Shown in pieces: positions 38,128 to 46,585 of a DNA stretch of 64,000 nt. Below the pieces are notes generated by a model. That model was not told the DNA's origin. It did not search any database and saw only the letters and a program-made list of their open reading frames with translations. This stretch comes from a virus. The number at the start of each line of letters is the position of its first letter. Position 1 is the first letter of the stretch. A program made the position numbers and the translations under genes. The DNA lies in the IMG/VR virus record IMGVR_UViG_3300045988_073298, one strand, 5' to 3'.

Positions 38128-38147
38128 ATTCGTTATGCAAATATAAG
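38128..38147 (-). promoter_or_regulatory. 20-nt promoter element CTTATATTTGCATAACGAAT (contains -7 box TATATTTG), copy 1
   Basis: The reverse complement of 38128-38147 is identical to 61922-61941. It ends 10 nt upstream of the ATG of the sigma-like gene. Confidence 0.65.
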
Positions 38148-38296
38148 TCTTTTTTCTTATATAAAATAATAATATTAAAAATACTTGAGCTTAAGGTAGT
38201 GGATTATAGGGTTTCTAGATAGTTGTTAACACCTTCAGAACTATCTCGGTACTATCAAAATCTATTAGTTTATAAATATTGCAATATAGATATGAT

Positions 38297-39736
38297 ATGA
38301 AGAAGTTTAAAGAGAAAATTAAATTTAGTTTTACACAGGATTTCCAATTGGAGATACTCCGGTTTATCCTAAGGGATAAAGAGGGAGGCTTAGTTTTAAA
38401 AAGGCTTAAATCTAATTACCTGGTTTTAATTGAGCATTCCCTTATATTTGAGGGTATCACTAAATACTTTAAGAAGCAAGGCAGGATGCCTTCCGAGAAT
38501 ATTCTAAAGGAGGTATTAAAAGAATTGCTAGAATCCAAGGCATACGTGGATTTGGTAACTAAGGAAGATATCCCAAGTATCAATAAGATAATCAGTAATC
38601 TTTATCACATACCCTTATCAGATGCTGATTATATAAAAGAAAAAATATACCAGTTCTCTACCTATATCGAGATGAAGAACTTAAATGATTCTTTCGATTT
38701 GGATAACTTTGAACAATACGAAGAATATTCAAGGAAGGTAGAAAAGGTACTTCAAAAAAGTAAACCTAAGAAAGAGGATGAACCTTTATACATGATTCGA
38801 GATATTGTTGAAAGACAATTTAAAAGGCAGTCAGAACCTTCGGTATTACCTTGTCCATTTAGACAATTGAATGACTTAACAAATGCAGGAGGTTACCCTG
38901 AACATTCAATCAATGTAATACTGGATAAACCTAAAGCAAAGAAAACATTCTTCATGGTAAACCTTGCAAGAGGTTATTTGAGGATGAAGAAATCCGTATT
39001 ATATATTGATACAGAGAATGGTCAAGAACAAATCATGGACCGTTTCATTCAATCCAGTATTAATAAAACCAAAAAAGAATTATATTCTGGTGAGTATGAT
39101 AAACTTGAGGCAAAGCATTTAAGGAAACTCGCCAGGTTTGGAGTTGAATTAGTAGTTGAAAGGGTACCTGCAATGATTACTAATGCCACTTATATAAGAG
39201 AAAAGATAATTCAACTGCGTAATCAAGGAATTGATATTAAGGTACTGATGGTCGATTATGCAGGTAAGCTTGCATCAATAGCTGGAGACCGAGAAGACTT
39301 TGAAAGGATATCAAATGTATATATTGACTTACAGAACCTGGCAGAAGAATTACATCTTGATATTATATGGACTGCTCACCATATTACTCGTGAGGGTAAA
39401 AAGCATAGGACTACTAGATATGACGAGAATGATATCTCGGGTTCAATTGCAATCGTTCGTAATGCCCAAGTTATTGTAGGTCTTAATTCTACCGAACAAG
39501 AAGAGAAAGATAATATTCTTCGAGTTGAAATGGTAGTACAAAGGGATGGTCTTTCCTCGGGTAGAGCATTATTCAAATGCGATGTTGAAAGGCAAAGATG
39601 TATAGAATTTACAAAGGAACAACGTAAACAATATGATGAGGTATATGGTAAAAAATTGGATGAACAATTTAAGAAGAATGGCAGCAATCCTGATGCAGAT
39701 TCTAAGAAAAGGGAAAGAACTACTGGAGATATCTAA
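38297..39736 (+). CDS. DnaB-like replicative helicase with atypical Walker A
   Basis: The start is moved to the first ATG (38297; the track start is TTG). 'LNDLTNAGGYPEHSINVILDKPKAKKTFF', 'VLMVDYAGKL', 'ISGSIAIVRNAQVIVGL' follow the DnaB C-terminal RecA-fold pattern. The P-loop reads KAKKT instead of G.GKT. Confidence 0.7.
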   Translation: MKKFKEKIKFSFTQDFQLEILRFILRDKEGGLVLKRLKSNYLVLIEHSLIFEGITKYFKKQGRMPSENILKEVLKELLESKAYVDLVTKEDIPSINKIISNLYHIPLSDADYIKEKIYQFSTYIEMKNLNDSFDLDNFEQYEEYSRKVEKVLQKSKPKKEDEPLYMIRDIVERQFKRQSEPSVLPCPFRQLNDLTNAGGYPEHSINVILDKPKAKKTFFMVNLARGYLRMKKSVLYIDTENGQEQIMDRFIQSSINKTKKELYSGEYDKLEAKHLRKLARFGVELVVERVPAMITNATYIREKIIQLRNQGIDIKVLMVDYAGKLASIAGDREDFERISNVYIDLQNLAEELHLDIIWTAHHITREGKKHRTTRYDENDISGSIAIVRNAQVIVGLNSTEQEEKDNILRVEMVVQRDGLSSGRALFKCDVERQRCIEFTKEQRKQYDEVYGKKLDEQFKKNGSNPDADSKKRERTTGDI

Positions 39737-39932
39737 ATGTAAACTCGGGTATCATGAATGGGTAGCTGTTCATTGGGCTGAGTTTAAACAGAGACCTCGT
39801 AGGGCAATCTTTTCTAAGAAAGGTGGGAGAAGAAAAGCCCAGTATTATGAGAAACGCTATGTAAAATATTACTGTAATAGATGCGGGAAGAAAAGATATG
39901 AAAACAAAAAAGATAGATATTACAAAAGATAG
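39633..39932 (+). CDS. possible small basic Cys/His protein (true start uncertain)
   Basis: The only in-frame ATGs lie inside the helicase 3' end. The non-overlapping part is 'CKLGYHEW...YYCNRCGKKRYENKK' (C..H...C..C). Confidence 0.3.
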   Translation: MMRYMVKNWMNNLRRMAAILMQILRKGKELLEISKCKLGYHEWVAVHWAEFKQRPRRAIFSKKGGRRKAQYYEKRYVKYYCNRCGKKRYENKKDRYYKR

Positions 39933-40068
39933 ATGGGCGGATGGGTTATCTTTAGAGATATCCCATAACGGTTATCAAACAACCTCTATCGGTAATTTAG
40001 ATTTAGAGGATTTGAAGAAATTAAGGAAAGTAGTTAGGAAAGCAATACGAGAATATGAAAATTACTAA
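39898..40068 (+). CDS. small hypothetical ORF (56 aa, below the track cutoff)
   Basis: ATG at 39898, 'MKTKKIDITKDRWADGLSLEISHNGYQTTSIGNLDLEDLKKLRKVVRKAIREYENY'. It fills the gap before the primase and overlaps the primase start by 14 nt. Confidence 0.35.
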   Translation: MKTKKIDITKDRWADGLSLEISHNGYQTTSIGNLDLEDLKKLRKVVRKAIREYENY

Positions 40069-41005
40069 TAAGTTTAAATCCCAGTTAAAAACCTATTTTA
40101 TTAAGAGGTTAGGTGCTTTTGAATATCGGAGAGGCTGGATGCGTATTCCAACTTGCCCCTATTGTGGGAGAGAACATAAGTTGGGAGTTAACTTATCTAT
40201 GTATCGAACTAATTGTTTTCGGTGTAATGCCCATCCCTCACCTGCTCAATTAATAATGGACATTGAGGGATTCACTGAGTATCATGAATTAATAAACTTT
40301 TTGAATAATGGACAATTTGATGAACTTCAATTTAAGGAAGAGAAACTTGAACTTGCTGAAAGTAAACCTCTGTATCTGCCAGAGGGATTTAGAAACATTT
40401 CGCTTGGAGACAGCCAACTTGCAAAAAGTATTAGGGGATATATCAAGAAACGTGGCTTTAATATCGAACAGTTTTCAAGATATGGTATCGGCTATGGCAC
40501 GATGGGGACGACTTACGGGTACCTTATTATCCCCTTCTATTATCAAGGCCAACTTAAATATTACAATGCTAGAAACGTTATCGGAAAAGGCCCCAGGTAT
40601 AATAACCCAGACAAAGATATCACAGGTCTTGGAAAACAGTTTATCATCTTTAATCATGACGCATTGGAGATGTACAGGTCGGTATTCGTTTGCGAAGGAG
40701 CACTTAATGCTCTCACCATGGGAGATAGAGGCATTGCCACAATGGGCAAAGCTATTAGTCAGTACCAAGTCAATGAGTTACTTAAATCCCAATGCGAAAG
40801 ATATATTATACTTTTGGACCCAGATGCAAAAGAATACGCAATCAATCTGGCGCTCAAACTTGTTGCCTATAAAAAGGTCAAGGTGGTGTTTCTACCAGAA
40901 GGAAAAGATTGCAATGACCTAAAAAAACCTGCAGTTATGAAACTAGTTTATAAGACTAGATATCAAACTTATCAAGAACTTATAAGAATGAAAAATGAAT
41001 TATGA
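40055..41005 (+). CDS. DNA primase (zinc finger + TOPRIM)
   Basis: 'CPYCGREHKLGVNLSMYRTNCFRCNAH' (CxxC-x17-CxxC). TOPRIM 'VFVCEGALNALTM' and 'IILLDPDAKE'. Confidence 0.8.
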   Translation: MKITNKFKSQLKTYFIKRLGAFEYRRGWMRIPTCPYCGREHKLGVNLSMYRTNCFRCNAHPSPAQLIMDIEGFTEYHELINFLNNGQFDELQFKEEKLELAESKPLYLPEGFRNISLGDSQLAKSIRGYIKKRGFNIEQFSRYGIGYGTMGTTYGYLIIPFYYQGQLKYYNARNVIGKGPRYNNPDKDITGLGKQFIIFNHDALEMYRSVFVCEGALNALTMGDRGIATMGKAISQYQVNELLKSQCERYIILLDPDAKEYAINLALKLVAYKKVKVVFLPEGKDCNDLKKPAVMKLVYKTRYQTYQELIRMKNEL

Positions 41006-41535
41006 AAAAAGAGAACATTAGCGGATATCCCCAATATCATATTACTCGTAGAGGAGAGGTTTATTCATATAAGAGAGGTGTTTGGAAACTCAGAAAAACT
41101 TCTAATAAATCTAGTACTGGGAGGATTAGAGTAAGGATACGTAATAAATGGTTACAAGTATCAAGATTAGTAGCTTTAGCTTGGGTACCTAATCCTCATC
41201 CCGAAATTTATGATGTAGTTATGCACTTGGATAATAATCCATCTAATAACTACTATAAAAACCTTAAGTGGGGTACCCAATCCCAAAATATAGCCCAAGC
41301 TTATAGAGATGGGAACCTAAAAACTCCCTCTGCTTTAATTGCTAGAGGAGAGTCCCATTCTAATGCTTCGATCACTAATCAAACTAGGAGTATGATAGTT
41401 GATCTAAGATTGAATTATCATGTACCAGAATCAAAATTGAGTATAATTTTTGGGATAAGCAAAAGGCATATCTCTAAAATTGTTTCACAGTATAAAAAAG
41501 GTATTAGATGGGATAATGAGGTTATCAAGAATTAA
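41002..41535 (+). CDS. HNH homing endonuclease (NUMOD4-like N-terminus)
   Basis: 'ISGYPQYHITRRGEVYS' followed by 'VVMHLDNNPSNNYYKNLKWGTQSQN' (H-N-N). C-terminal HTH-like 'SKLSIIFGISKRHISKIV'. Confidence 0.8.
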   Translation: MKKENISGYPQYHITRRGEVYSYKRGVWKLRKTSNKSSTGRIRVRIRNKWLQVSRLVALAWVPNPHPEIYDVVMHLDNNPSNNYYKNLKWGTQSQNIAQAYRDGNLKTPSALIARGESHSNASITNQTRSMIVDLRLNYHVPESKLSIIFGISKRHISKIVSQYKKGIRWDNEVIKN

Positions 41536-41605
41536 TTGCTATCAGAAACTCATTGAAATAAAGAGTTCCTATTATAATATATAAACTTAAAATTCATTAG
41601 AGGAT

Positions 41606-41809
41606 ATGAAAGAATTTATTATTGAATGGTGTAGAAATATGATTATAGCTATTGCTATTCTTCTTTATGTAGCTATATTTATTAGTGGTACCTATCTTTT
41701 AGATGATGGTACATTAAAAGGTTTTATATATGTGGGTTTATGGGCGGCTTTGTTTGTAGCCATAGCTATAGTAACTTGTATAATATACAATATAGAGAAA
41801 AAGAAATGA
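41606..41809 (+). CDS. small two-TM membrane protein
   Basis: 67 aa. Two hydrophobic helices ('MIIAIAILLYVAIFISGTYLL', 'FIYVGLWAALFVAIAIVTCIIY') and a charged 'EKKK' tail. The topology is holin-like or exclusion-protein-like, but the function is unknown. Confidence 0.5.
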   Translation: MKEFIIEWCRNMIIAIAILLYVAIFISGTYLLDDGTLKGFIYVGLWAALFVAIAIVTCIIYNIEKKK

Positions 41810-42627
41810 GAGAACCCAGCATTCATATAACTAAGTCTCAATTTGAGGAAATATTAAATACCTTAGAGGTAGATAATTTCCCAGTTGAGGCTTTTTTTGT
41901 TATTGCTCGGAAAGAGGCAATAAATCATAGAGCAGTCTTAGTTTCTAATAATAAGAATACTAAGCGAATTAATAACATATTACTAGCATCTAAGGGGGAT
42001 GCTGCCCTTGTTGCTGATATTTTGTATGCAACCCGTATAAAATTAAAACATAGGGGAGTTCGGAAAATAAACGAAAGTAATTCTCGGGAATGGGCAAATT
42101 GTAAAAAGCTTGCAGAGATATGTAATACATTCTGTGAAGATTTTAAATTTGATACCCGAGAAGGGTTTATTAAATACATTGAGACTGGGTTAAAAAGGAT
42201 GACCGATTATCGTAATGTTATGCAAAGGTTATTATCCATGCAAGAGAACATTACTAATCAAGTAGATGCAGAGATAGAATTACAAAATTCAGATTTAAAA
42301 CTTACTAAAGAGATACATGATTATTTCATTGGTAAGATTGCTAAGGCAACTGGTATATATGAATCTTATGAAAATCAACCAGAGAAATACGTACACTTTG
42401 CAAAGGTAGGTGAATTCTTAAAAGAAGAGGGTTGGGATTATAGGACTTTCATAGATGCACAATTCGAATCTCTTGCATGGTGTAATGGGTTACCAGATAT
42501 TGCACAAATGTATACCGATAAAGCAATTGAAAGGTATAATAAGTATTTATATAAAAATAAGAATAAACAACTACTTGAAGATGAACCCATAGTAGAGGGT
42601 AGTCTTTGGGATAAAATTAAAAAGTAA
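41806..42627 (+). CDS. hypothetical protein
   Basis: The start is moved to the ATG at 41806 (ATGA overlap with the upstream stop). 273 aa, no motif recognised. Confidence 0.55.
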   Translation: MREPSIHITKSQFEEILNTLEVDNFPVEAFFVIARKEAINHRAVLVSNNKNTKRINNILLASKGDAALVADILYATRIKLKHRGVRKINESNSREWANCKKLAEICNTFCEDFKFDTREGFIKYIETGLKRMTDYRNVMQRLLSMQENITNQVDAEIELQNSDLKLTKEIHDYFIGKIAKATGIYESYENQPEKYVHFAKVGEFLKEEGWDYRTFIDAQFESLAWCNGLPDIAQMYTDKAIERYNKYLYKNKNKQLLEDEPIVEGSLWDKIKK

Positions 42628-42628
42628 T

Positions 42629-43216
42629 ATGAAAGGTTTACAATTTTTAGGGAACAGAGTAGAGGATGCAGCTAATGCTTTTATTGACGTCCTCAAGTAT
42701 TCAGACCAGTCAGTAGATTATCCGGATTTTAAGGATATTGAACCTTGGCCTGATGAGATAGTTAATATGTTTTATGTAATTTGGAAGAACGCCAAATTCT
42801 CAGAACTAAGTGCAATCATTATGTATACTCAGCAGTCAACTAGATTTAAAGAGATTTCGGAATTGATGTTGGGTATTGGATTAGTAGAAATGAGACATTT
42901 TGATAAGATATCAGATTTCATACAATTGGCAGACCCTTATGAAGATTACTCTGTAATCAACATTAATCCTACAATTGAAATAGGTTCTACTTGGGAACAA
43001 GCTTTGAAGATTGCCTGGGATTCCGAAATAGAAACTATCGGACACTATAAAAAGATTCAAAAAGCAATTGCTCAATACAATGAACGCCCAGATTATGATG
43101 ATGTGAATTATTTCCTTGAGAAATTGATTGCCGATGAAGAACATCACATTAAACTTCTTAAGGAAGCTTTGGGAGTAGATAAAGGTACTAAGGGAGTAAC
43201 CGTAATCATTAAGTAA
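42629..43216 (+). CDS. ferritin-like di-metal protein (CotJC / Mn-catalase-like pattern)
   Basis: 195 aa. 'SELSAIIMYTQQS', 'GLVEMRHFDKI' (ExxH), 'DSEIETIGHY' and 'ADEEHHIKLL' (ExxH) give the four-helix di-metal carboxylate signature. Confidence 0.55.
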   Translation: MKGLQFLGNRVEDAANAFIDVLKYSDQSVDYPDFKDIEPWPDEIVNMFYVIWKNAKFSELSAIIMYTQQSTRFKEISELMLGIGLVEMRHFDKISDFIQLADPYEDYSVININPTIEIGSTWEQALKIAWDSEIETIGHYKKIQKAIAQYNERPDYDDVNYFLEKLIADEEHHIKLLKEALGVDKGTKGVTVIIK

Positions 43217-43217
43217 T

Positions 43218-43436
43218 ATGAGTCAAGTAGCAATTATATATAAAGAATCCCGAGATAATTATATCTCGGGCAATTCCTATACATGGTGTCCTTGTTGTGG
43301 TAAATGCTATATATTATCCGAAGAGGAAGTGGTAAATGCCATAGACAATGATTTATCAGTATATGCCGAATGTTCTTGTGGTAATTCATTTTACATAGAA
43401 ACAGAAGATGAGCAAGATAATTATTCAGAATGGTAA
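43218..43436 (+). CDS. small acidic zinc-ribbon-like protein
   Basis: 72 aa. 'CPCCGKC' ... 'CSCGNS'. Confidence 0.5.
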   Translation: MSQVAIIYKESRDNYISGNSYTWCPCCGKCYILSEEEVVNAIDNDLSVYAECSCGNSFYIETEDEQDNYSEW

Positions 43437-44895
43437 TATGTGTGAACTCGACTTACCTCTTAAGTTCGCACAGAAACTTTATAATGAGTTTGCCATTCGA
43501 CACCCAAATGCTTTCTACTTACGTACAAGGCAAAGAGGTATGCAGAATTGGGATGGTAAGATTCACTACATCACTAAGACTGGACAATTTAAAATAGGTT
43601 TACTTCCAAGGGTATACGAAAGATGTATTGAGATGGGAGTTAAACCTAAAGTTGTAGATATGCGTCAACCTTTACCTAAAGTCAGTAAAGTCGTTACGAA
43701 GATAGGCAAATATAAATTAAGACCAGAACAAGAGAAAGCAGTCAAGGCTGTAATTAATAATACCATTGGAGGTAAACCTTTTCATATCGGAGTATTAGAT
43801 TATACGGTTAATGCAGGTAAAACTCTTATCATGACCTCTCTTTATTTATCCTATAAGAAACAGTTAAAGACTTTGCTAATAACTAATGATTCCGATTGGT
43901 TAAACCAGGCTAGAGAAGAATTTAAGCAATATCTCCCGGGAGAAAACATCACCTTTGTTCAAGGTAAAGTCTTAAACTGGAGTAACTTCACTATAGGTAT
44001 GGTTCAATCTATTTCTCGTAATATGAGATTCTATCAGAAGGAATTATCTCAAGTAGATATGGTACTAATTGATGAGGCTGACCAAGGAGGTAGTAAGCAA
44101 TATCAGAATGTAATTACTCGGTTATTTAATACTCGTATTCGTATAGGATTATCTGGTACGATTTATATGAGTAAGCTTGCTAAGGATAAGGTTAAGAATA
44201 TGAACCTTGAATGTTTCTTTGGTAAGGTAATTGCTGAGTTCAAACTTAAGGATTCTATTAAGAAAGGTTACTCAACTAAAACCATAGTAAAGATGGTACC
44301 TGGTAAACCCTGGTATGGTAATTGGGAATCAGATTGTATATCTTATAAGGAAATATATGATGATTCTATTACGGATAATAACACTGCCTGGACTATGGCT
44401 TGGGATAGATTAAGGTGGAATTTAAGGCAAGGTAGATTTCCTGCACTTGTAGTATGTAAGCATATTGCACATTGTGAAAATTTATATAAGTTCTTTAAAA
44501 ATAGACTGGATGATGCCTATAATATTGCTTATGTGCATGTTAATACTCCCACTAAATTAAGACAACAAATAATGAAAGATTTTAGAGAAGGTAAGATTGA
44601 TATCTTGGTATCAACTACAATCATAGCTCGAGGTAAAAACTTTCCTAAGCTTAGGTATTTATTAAATACTGCCAGTATGGATAGCCAAGAAAAATCTATT
44701 CAGTTTTTAGGCCGTTTGGTAAGAACCGATGAATCTAAAAAGAAAGTGTACCTTGATGATCTTCATTATCCGGGTAATTATTTAGATAGGCATGGTAAGC
44801 ATAGGAAGCAATATTATCAGAGACAAGAATTGAAAGTAATATTGTTAGATAAGCTTTGGAAGAACCATACTAACCATAGCCTTAATCAGAGTTAA
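43408..44895 (+). CDS. superfamily-2 DEAD/DEAH-type DNA helicase
   Basis: 'TVNAGKTLIM' (motif I), 'LIDEADQ' (II), 'LSGT' (III), 'IIARGKNFP', 'QFLGRLVR' (VI). An alternative start at 43438 would avoid the 29-nt overlap. Confidence 0.8.
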   Translation: MSKIIIQNGNMCELDLPLKFAQKLYNEFAIRHPNAFYLRTRQRGMQNWDGKIHYITKTGQFKIGLLPRVYERCIEMGVKPKVVDMRQPLPKVSKVVTKIGKYKLRPEQEKAVKAVINNTIGGKPFHIGVLDYTVNAGKTLIMTSLYLSYKKQLKTLLITNDSDWLNQAREEFKQYLPGENITFVQGKVLNWSNFTIGMVQSISRNMRFYQKELSQVDMVLIDEADQGGSKQYQNVITRLFNTRIRIGLSGTIYMSKLAKDKVKNMNLECFFGKVIAEFKLKDSIKKGYSTKTIVKMVPGKPWYGNWESDCISYKEIYDDSITDNNTAWTMAWDRLRWNLRQGRFPALVVCKHIAHCENLYKFFKNRLDDAYNIAYVHVNTPTKLRQQIMKDFREGKIDILVSTTIIARGKNFPKLRYLLNTASMDSQEKSIQFLGRLVRTDESKKKVYLDDLHYPGNYLDRHGKHRKQYYQRQELKVILLDKLWKNHTNHSLNQS

Positions 44896-44910
44896 CTAGA
44901 AGTACTATGA

Positions 44911-44944
44911 GTAATTACTTTTCTCCGTAGGAGGAAATAATTAC
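44911..44944 (+). terminator. imperfect long hairpin after the helicase gene
   Basis: GTAATTACTTTTCTCC-gta-GGAGGAAATAATTAC, with a bulge and a mismatch and no T-run. Confidence 0.3.
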
Positions 44945-44974
44945 ATCCTAATAAGCATACGGGCATTATGAATT

Positions 44975-45127
44975 ATGAATAATGATAAGTTAATATGTAT
45001 CAGAGAAGAGGATGATAGTAAACTAATCCAATTACAATCAGAAGGGTATAAGATAATCCAAATCTCTGCCTCAGGTATCTACTGTTGGGTATTACTAAGG
45101 AAACCTAATTTCACTAAAAGACATTAA
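44975..45127 (+). CDS. small hypothetical ORF (50 aa, below the track cutoff)
   Basis: 'MNNDKLICIREEDDSKLIQLQSEGYKIIQISASGIYCWVLLRKPNFTKRH' occupies most of an otherwise empty 243-nt gap. Confidence 0.3.
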   Translation: MNNDKLICIREEDDSKLIQLQSEGYKIIQISASGIYCWVLLRKPNFTKRH

Positions 45128-45138
45128 AGGATTTTTCA

Positions 45139-45462
45139 ATGAAAACACTAAGCCAAATATTAAACCGGGTGAGGGCATTATTAAAAGGACCTGAACCTAA
45201 TCCTCAACATGTATTTAATTGTAGGGATATTGCATGGATAACCGACATTAGACATTGGAGATATACTCCGGATGTTTATACCCATTCGTTTAGTTTATAT
45301 TGGGGATCTGGATTAGAGATCAAATTACAACAAGATACTACTGACCCAGAATCTTGCCCAGAATTATCTAAACTCAGGGAACTATTTATTAATAACATAG
45401 GTTATTCATATGTAACCATAGATGATATTACTAACATATACATTTATAAAGAAAAAAAATGA
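45139..45462 (+). CDS. hypothetical protein
   Basis: 107-aa ORF, no motif recognised. Confidence 0.5.
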   Translation: MKTLSQILNRVRALLKGPEPNPQHVFNCRDIAWITDIRHWRYTPDVYTHSFSLYWGSGLEIKLQQDTTDPESCPELSKLRELFINNIGYSYVTIDDITNIYIYKEKK

Positions 45463-45463
45463 T

Positions 45464-45853
45464 ATGGCAAAGAAAAAGAAACAACTACCAGACTTATCAA
45501 AACATGATGTACTTACTCCCATAGACGTTAGTACTTTGGGAACTAATGGAGACCCATGCTTTGGTATTGGGTATGATTTATCCACTAAAGAATGTAAATT
45601 ATGCGGAGATTCAGAACTATGTGCATTCAAGATGTCTCAGAACTTGAACATTACAAGGAAAGAATTAGAACAGAAGAATCAATACAAAGATTTGGATGTA
45701 CTAGAAGATACGGTTGGTATCAAGAAGTACATCCGAGGCTTGATTCGGAAAGGGAAAGACAGAAAAGAAATTATCTCGAAGACAGTTGAGAAATTCGAAG
45801 TACCAAAGAAACGTATTAGAGAACTTTATAGAGAATGCAATGCAAAAGATTGA
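45464..45853 (+). CDS. hypothetical Cys-containing basic protein
   Basis: The start is moved to the ATG at 45464 ('MAKKKKQLPD'), 1 nt after the upstream stop. 'CFGIGYDLSTKECKLCGDSELC' cluster. Confidence 0.5.
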   Translation: MAKKKKQLPDLSKHDVLTPIDVSTLGTNGDPCFGIGYDLSTKECKLCGDSELCAFKMSQNLNITRKELEQKNQYKDLDVLEDTVGIKKYIRGLIRKGKDRKEIISKTVEKFEVPKKRIRELYRECNAKD

Positions 45854-46046
45854 TATGATATGGGCTATGTTCAAGGTATACCTTAACAACCCAAATTATT
45901 TTGTAAAGCAAGGAGACGTACTTGCTAATCTGTGTATGGAAGGTTCTACCGATGTAATTAGAATATGCAATTCATTGGGAGTAAGGGTTTCCAGACCAGA
46001 GAGATTAACCTTTGGACAACTATTAAACAAGTGTAATATATTATGA
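45840..46046 (+). CDS. hypothetical small protein
   Basis: The start is moved to the ATG at 45840 ('MQKIDMIWAMF'). 68 aa, ATGA-coupled to the dUTPase gene. Confidence 0.4.
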   Translation: MQKIDMIWAMFKVYLNNPNYFVKQGDVLANLCMEGSTDVIRICNSLGVRVSRPERLTFGQLLNKCNIL

Positions 46047-46582
46047 ACAGATTTAGATTTATCAAAGTACGGGAGGTAATATCTCCCAACAGAGCAAACC
46101 CAAATGATGCTGGGTTAGATTTTTATGTACCAACTGATTTATACCCAGAGCATATTCATTCTAAAAATGAATTCGACTCCGAAGGTTATGATTTAGATGT
46201 TCCTTTTGGTGAAGTATTTGTAAGACATATAGCTTTAAAACCTGGGCATCGTATACTTATCCCCTCCGGTATCATGGGATTGCTTGAACCCCCCTCATCA
46301 ATGTTAATGGCAGCTAATAAGTCAGGAATTGCTACTAAGCAAGGTCTGATATTTACTGCAGAGATAGTAGATTCCCCCTATGTGGGAGAGATACACATCG
46401 GAGTATATAACACCTCTCAAGAAGTACAAATAATTGAATGTGGTAAGAAGTTAGTACAATTCATACACGTTCCCATTTATATTACGGAACCCAAGGAGAT
46501 TCAACAAGAGGAGTTCTATTCAGAATCTCAAATGTGGGGGAGTAGAGGTAGTAATGGATTTGGTTCATCTCAAAATAGATAG
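46043..46582 (+). CDS. dut: trimeric dUTPase-fold dNTP pyrophosphatase (dUTPase, possibly dCTPase/dUTPase)
   Basis: The five dUTPase motifs are recognisable: 'AGLDFYVP', 'IPSGI', 'ANKSGIATKQGL', 'IVDSPYVGEIHIGVYN', 'RGSNGFGSS'. Confidence 0.85.
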   Translation: MNRFRFIKVREVISPNRANPNDAGLDFYVPTDLYPEHIHSKNEFDSEGYDLDVPFGEVFVRHIALKPGHRILIPSGIMGLLEPPSSMLMAANKSGIATKQGLIFTAEIVDSPYVGEIHIGVYNTSQEVQIIECGKKLVQFIHVPIYITEPKEIQQEEFYSESQMWGSRGSNGFGSSQNR

Positions 46583-46585
46583 GCT

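Noticed and set aside
38217-38246. 8-bp inverted repeat AGATAGTT-14 nt-AACTATCT in the divergent intergenic region upstream of the helicase
   Set aside because: It is short and has a large loop, so it is easily produced by chance in AT-rich DNA. There is no second copy elsewhere. It was noted as a possible operator but is not supportable.
40308-40922. 204-aa ORF in an alternative + frame entirely inside the primase gene
   Set aside because: It is unusually long for an off-frame ORF in AT-rich DNA. However, its translation is low-complexity (L/S/N/K-rich) with no motifs. The primase frame carries clear zinc-finger and TOPRIM motifs over the same nucleotides. It is most likely a by-product of primase codon usage. 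Only ribosome profiling could rescue it.
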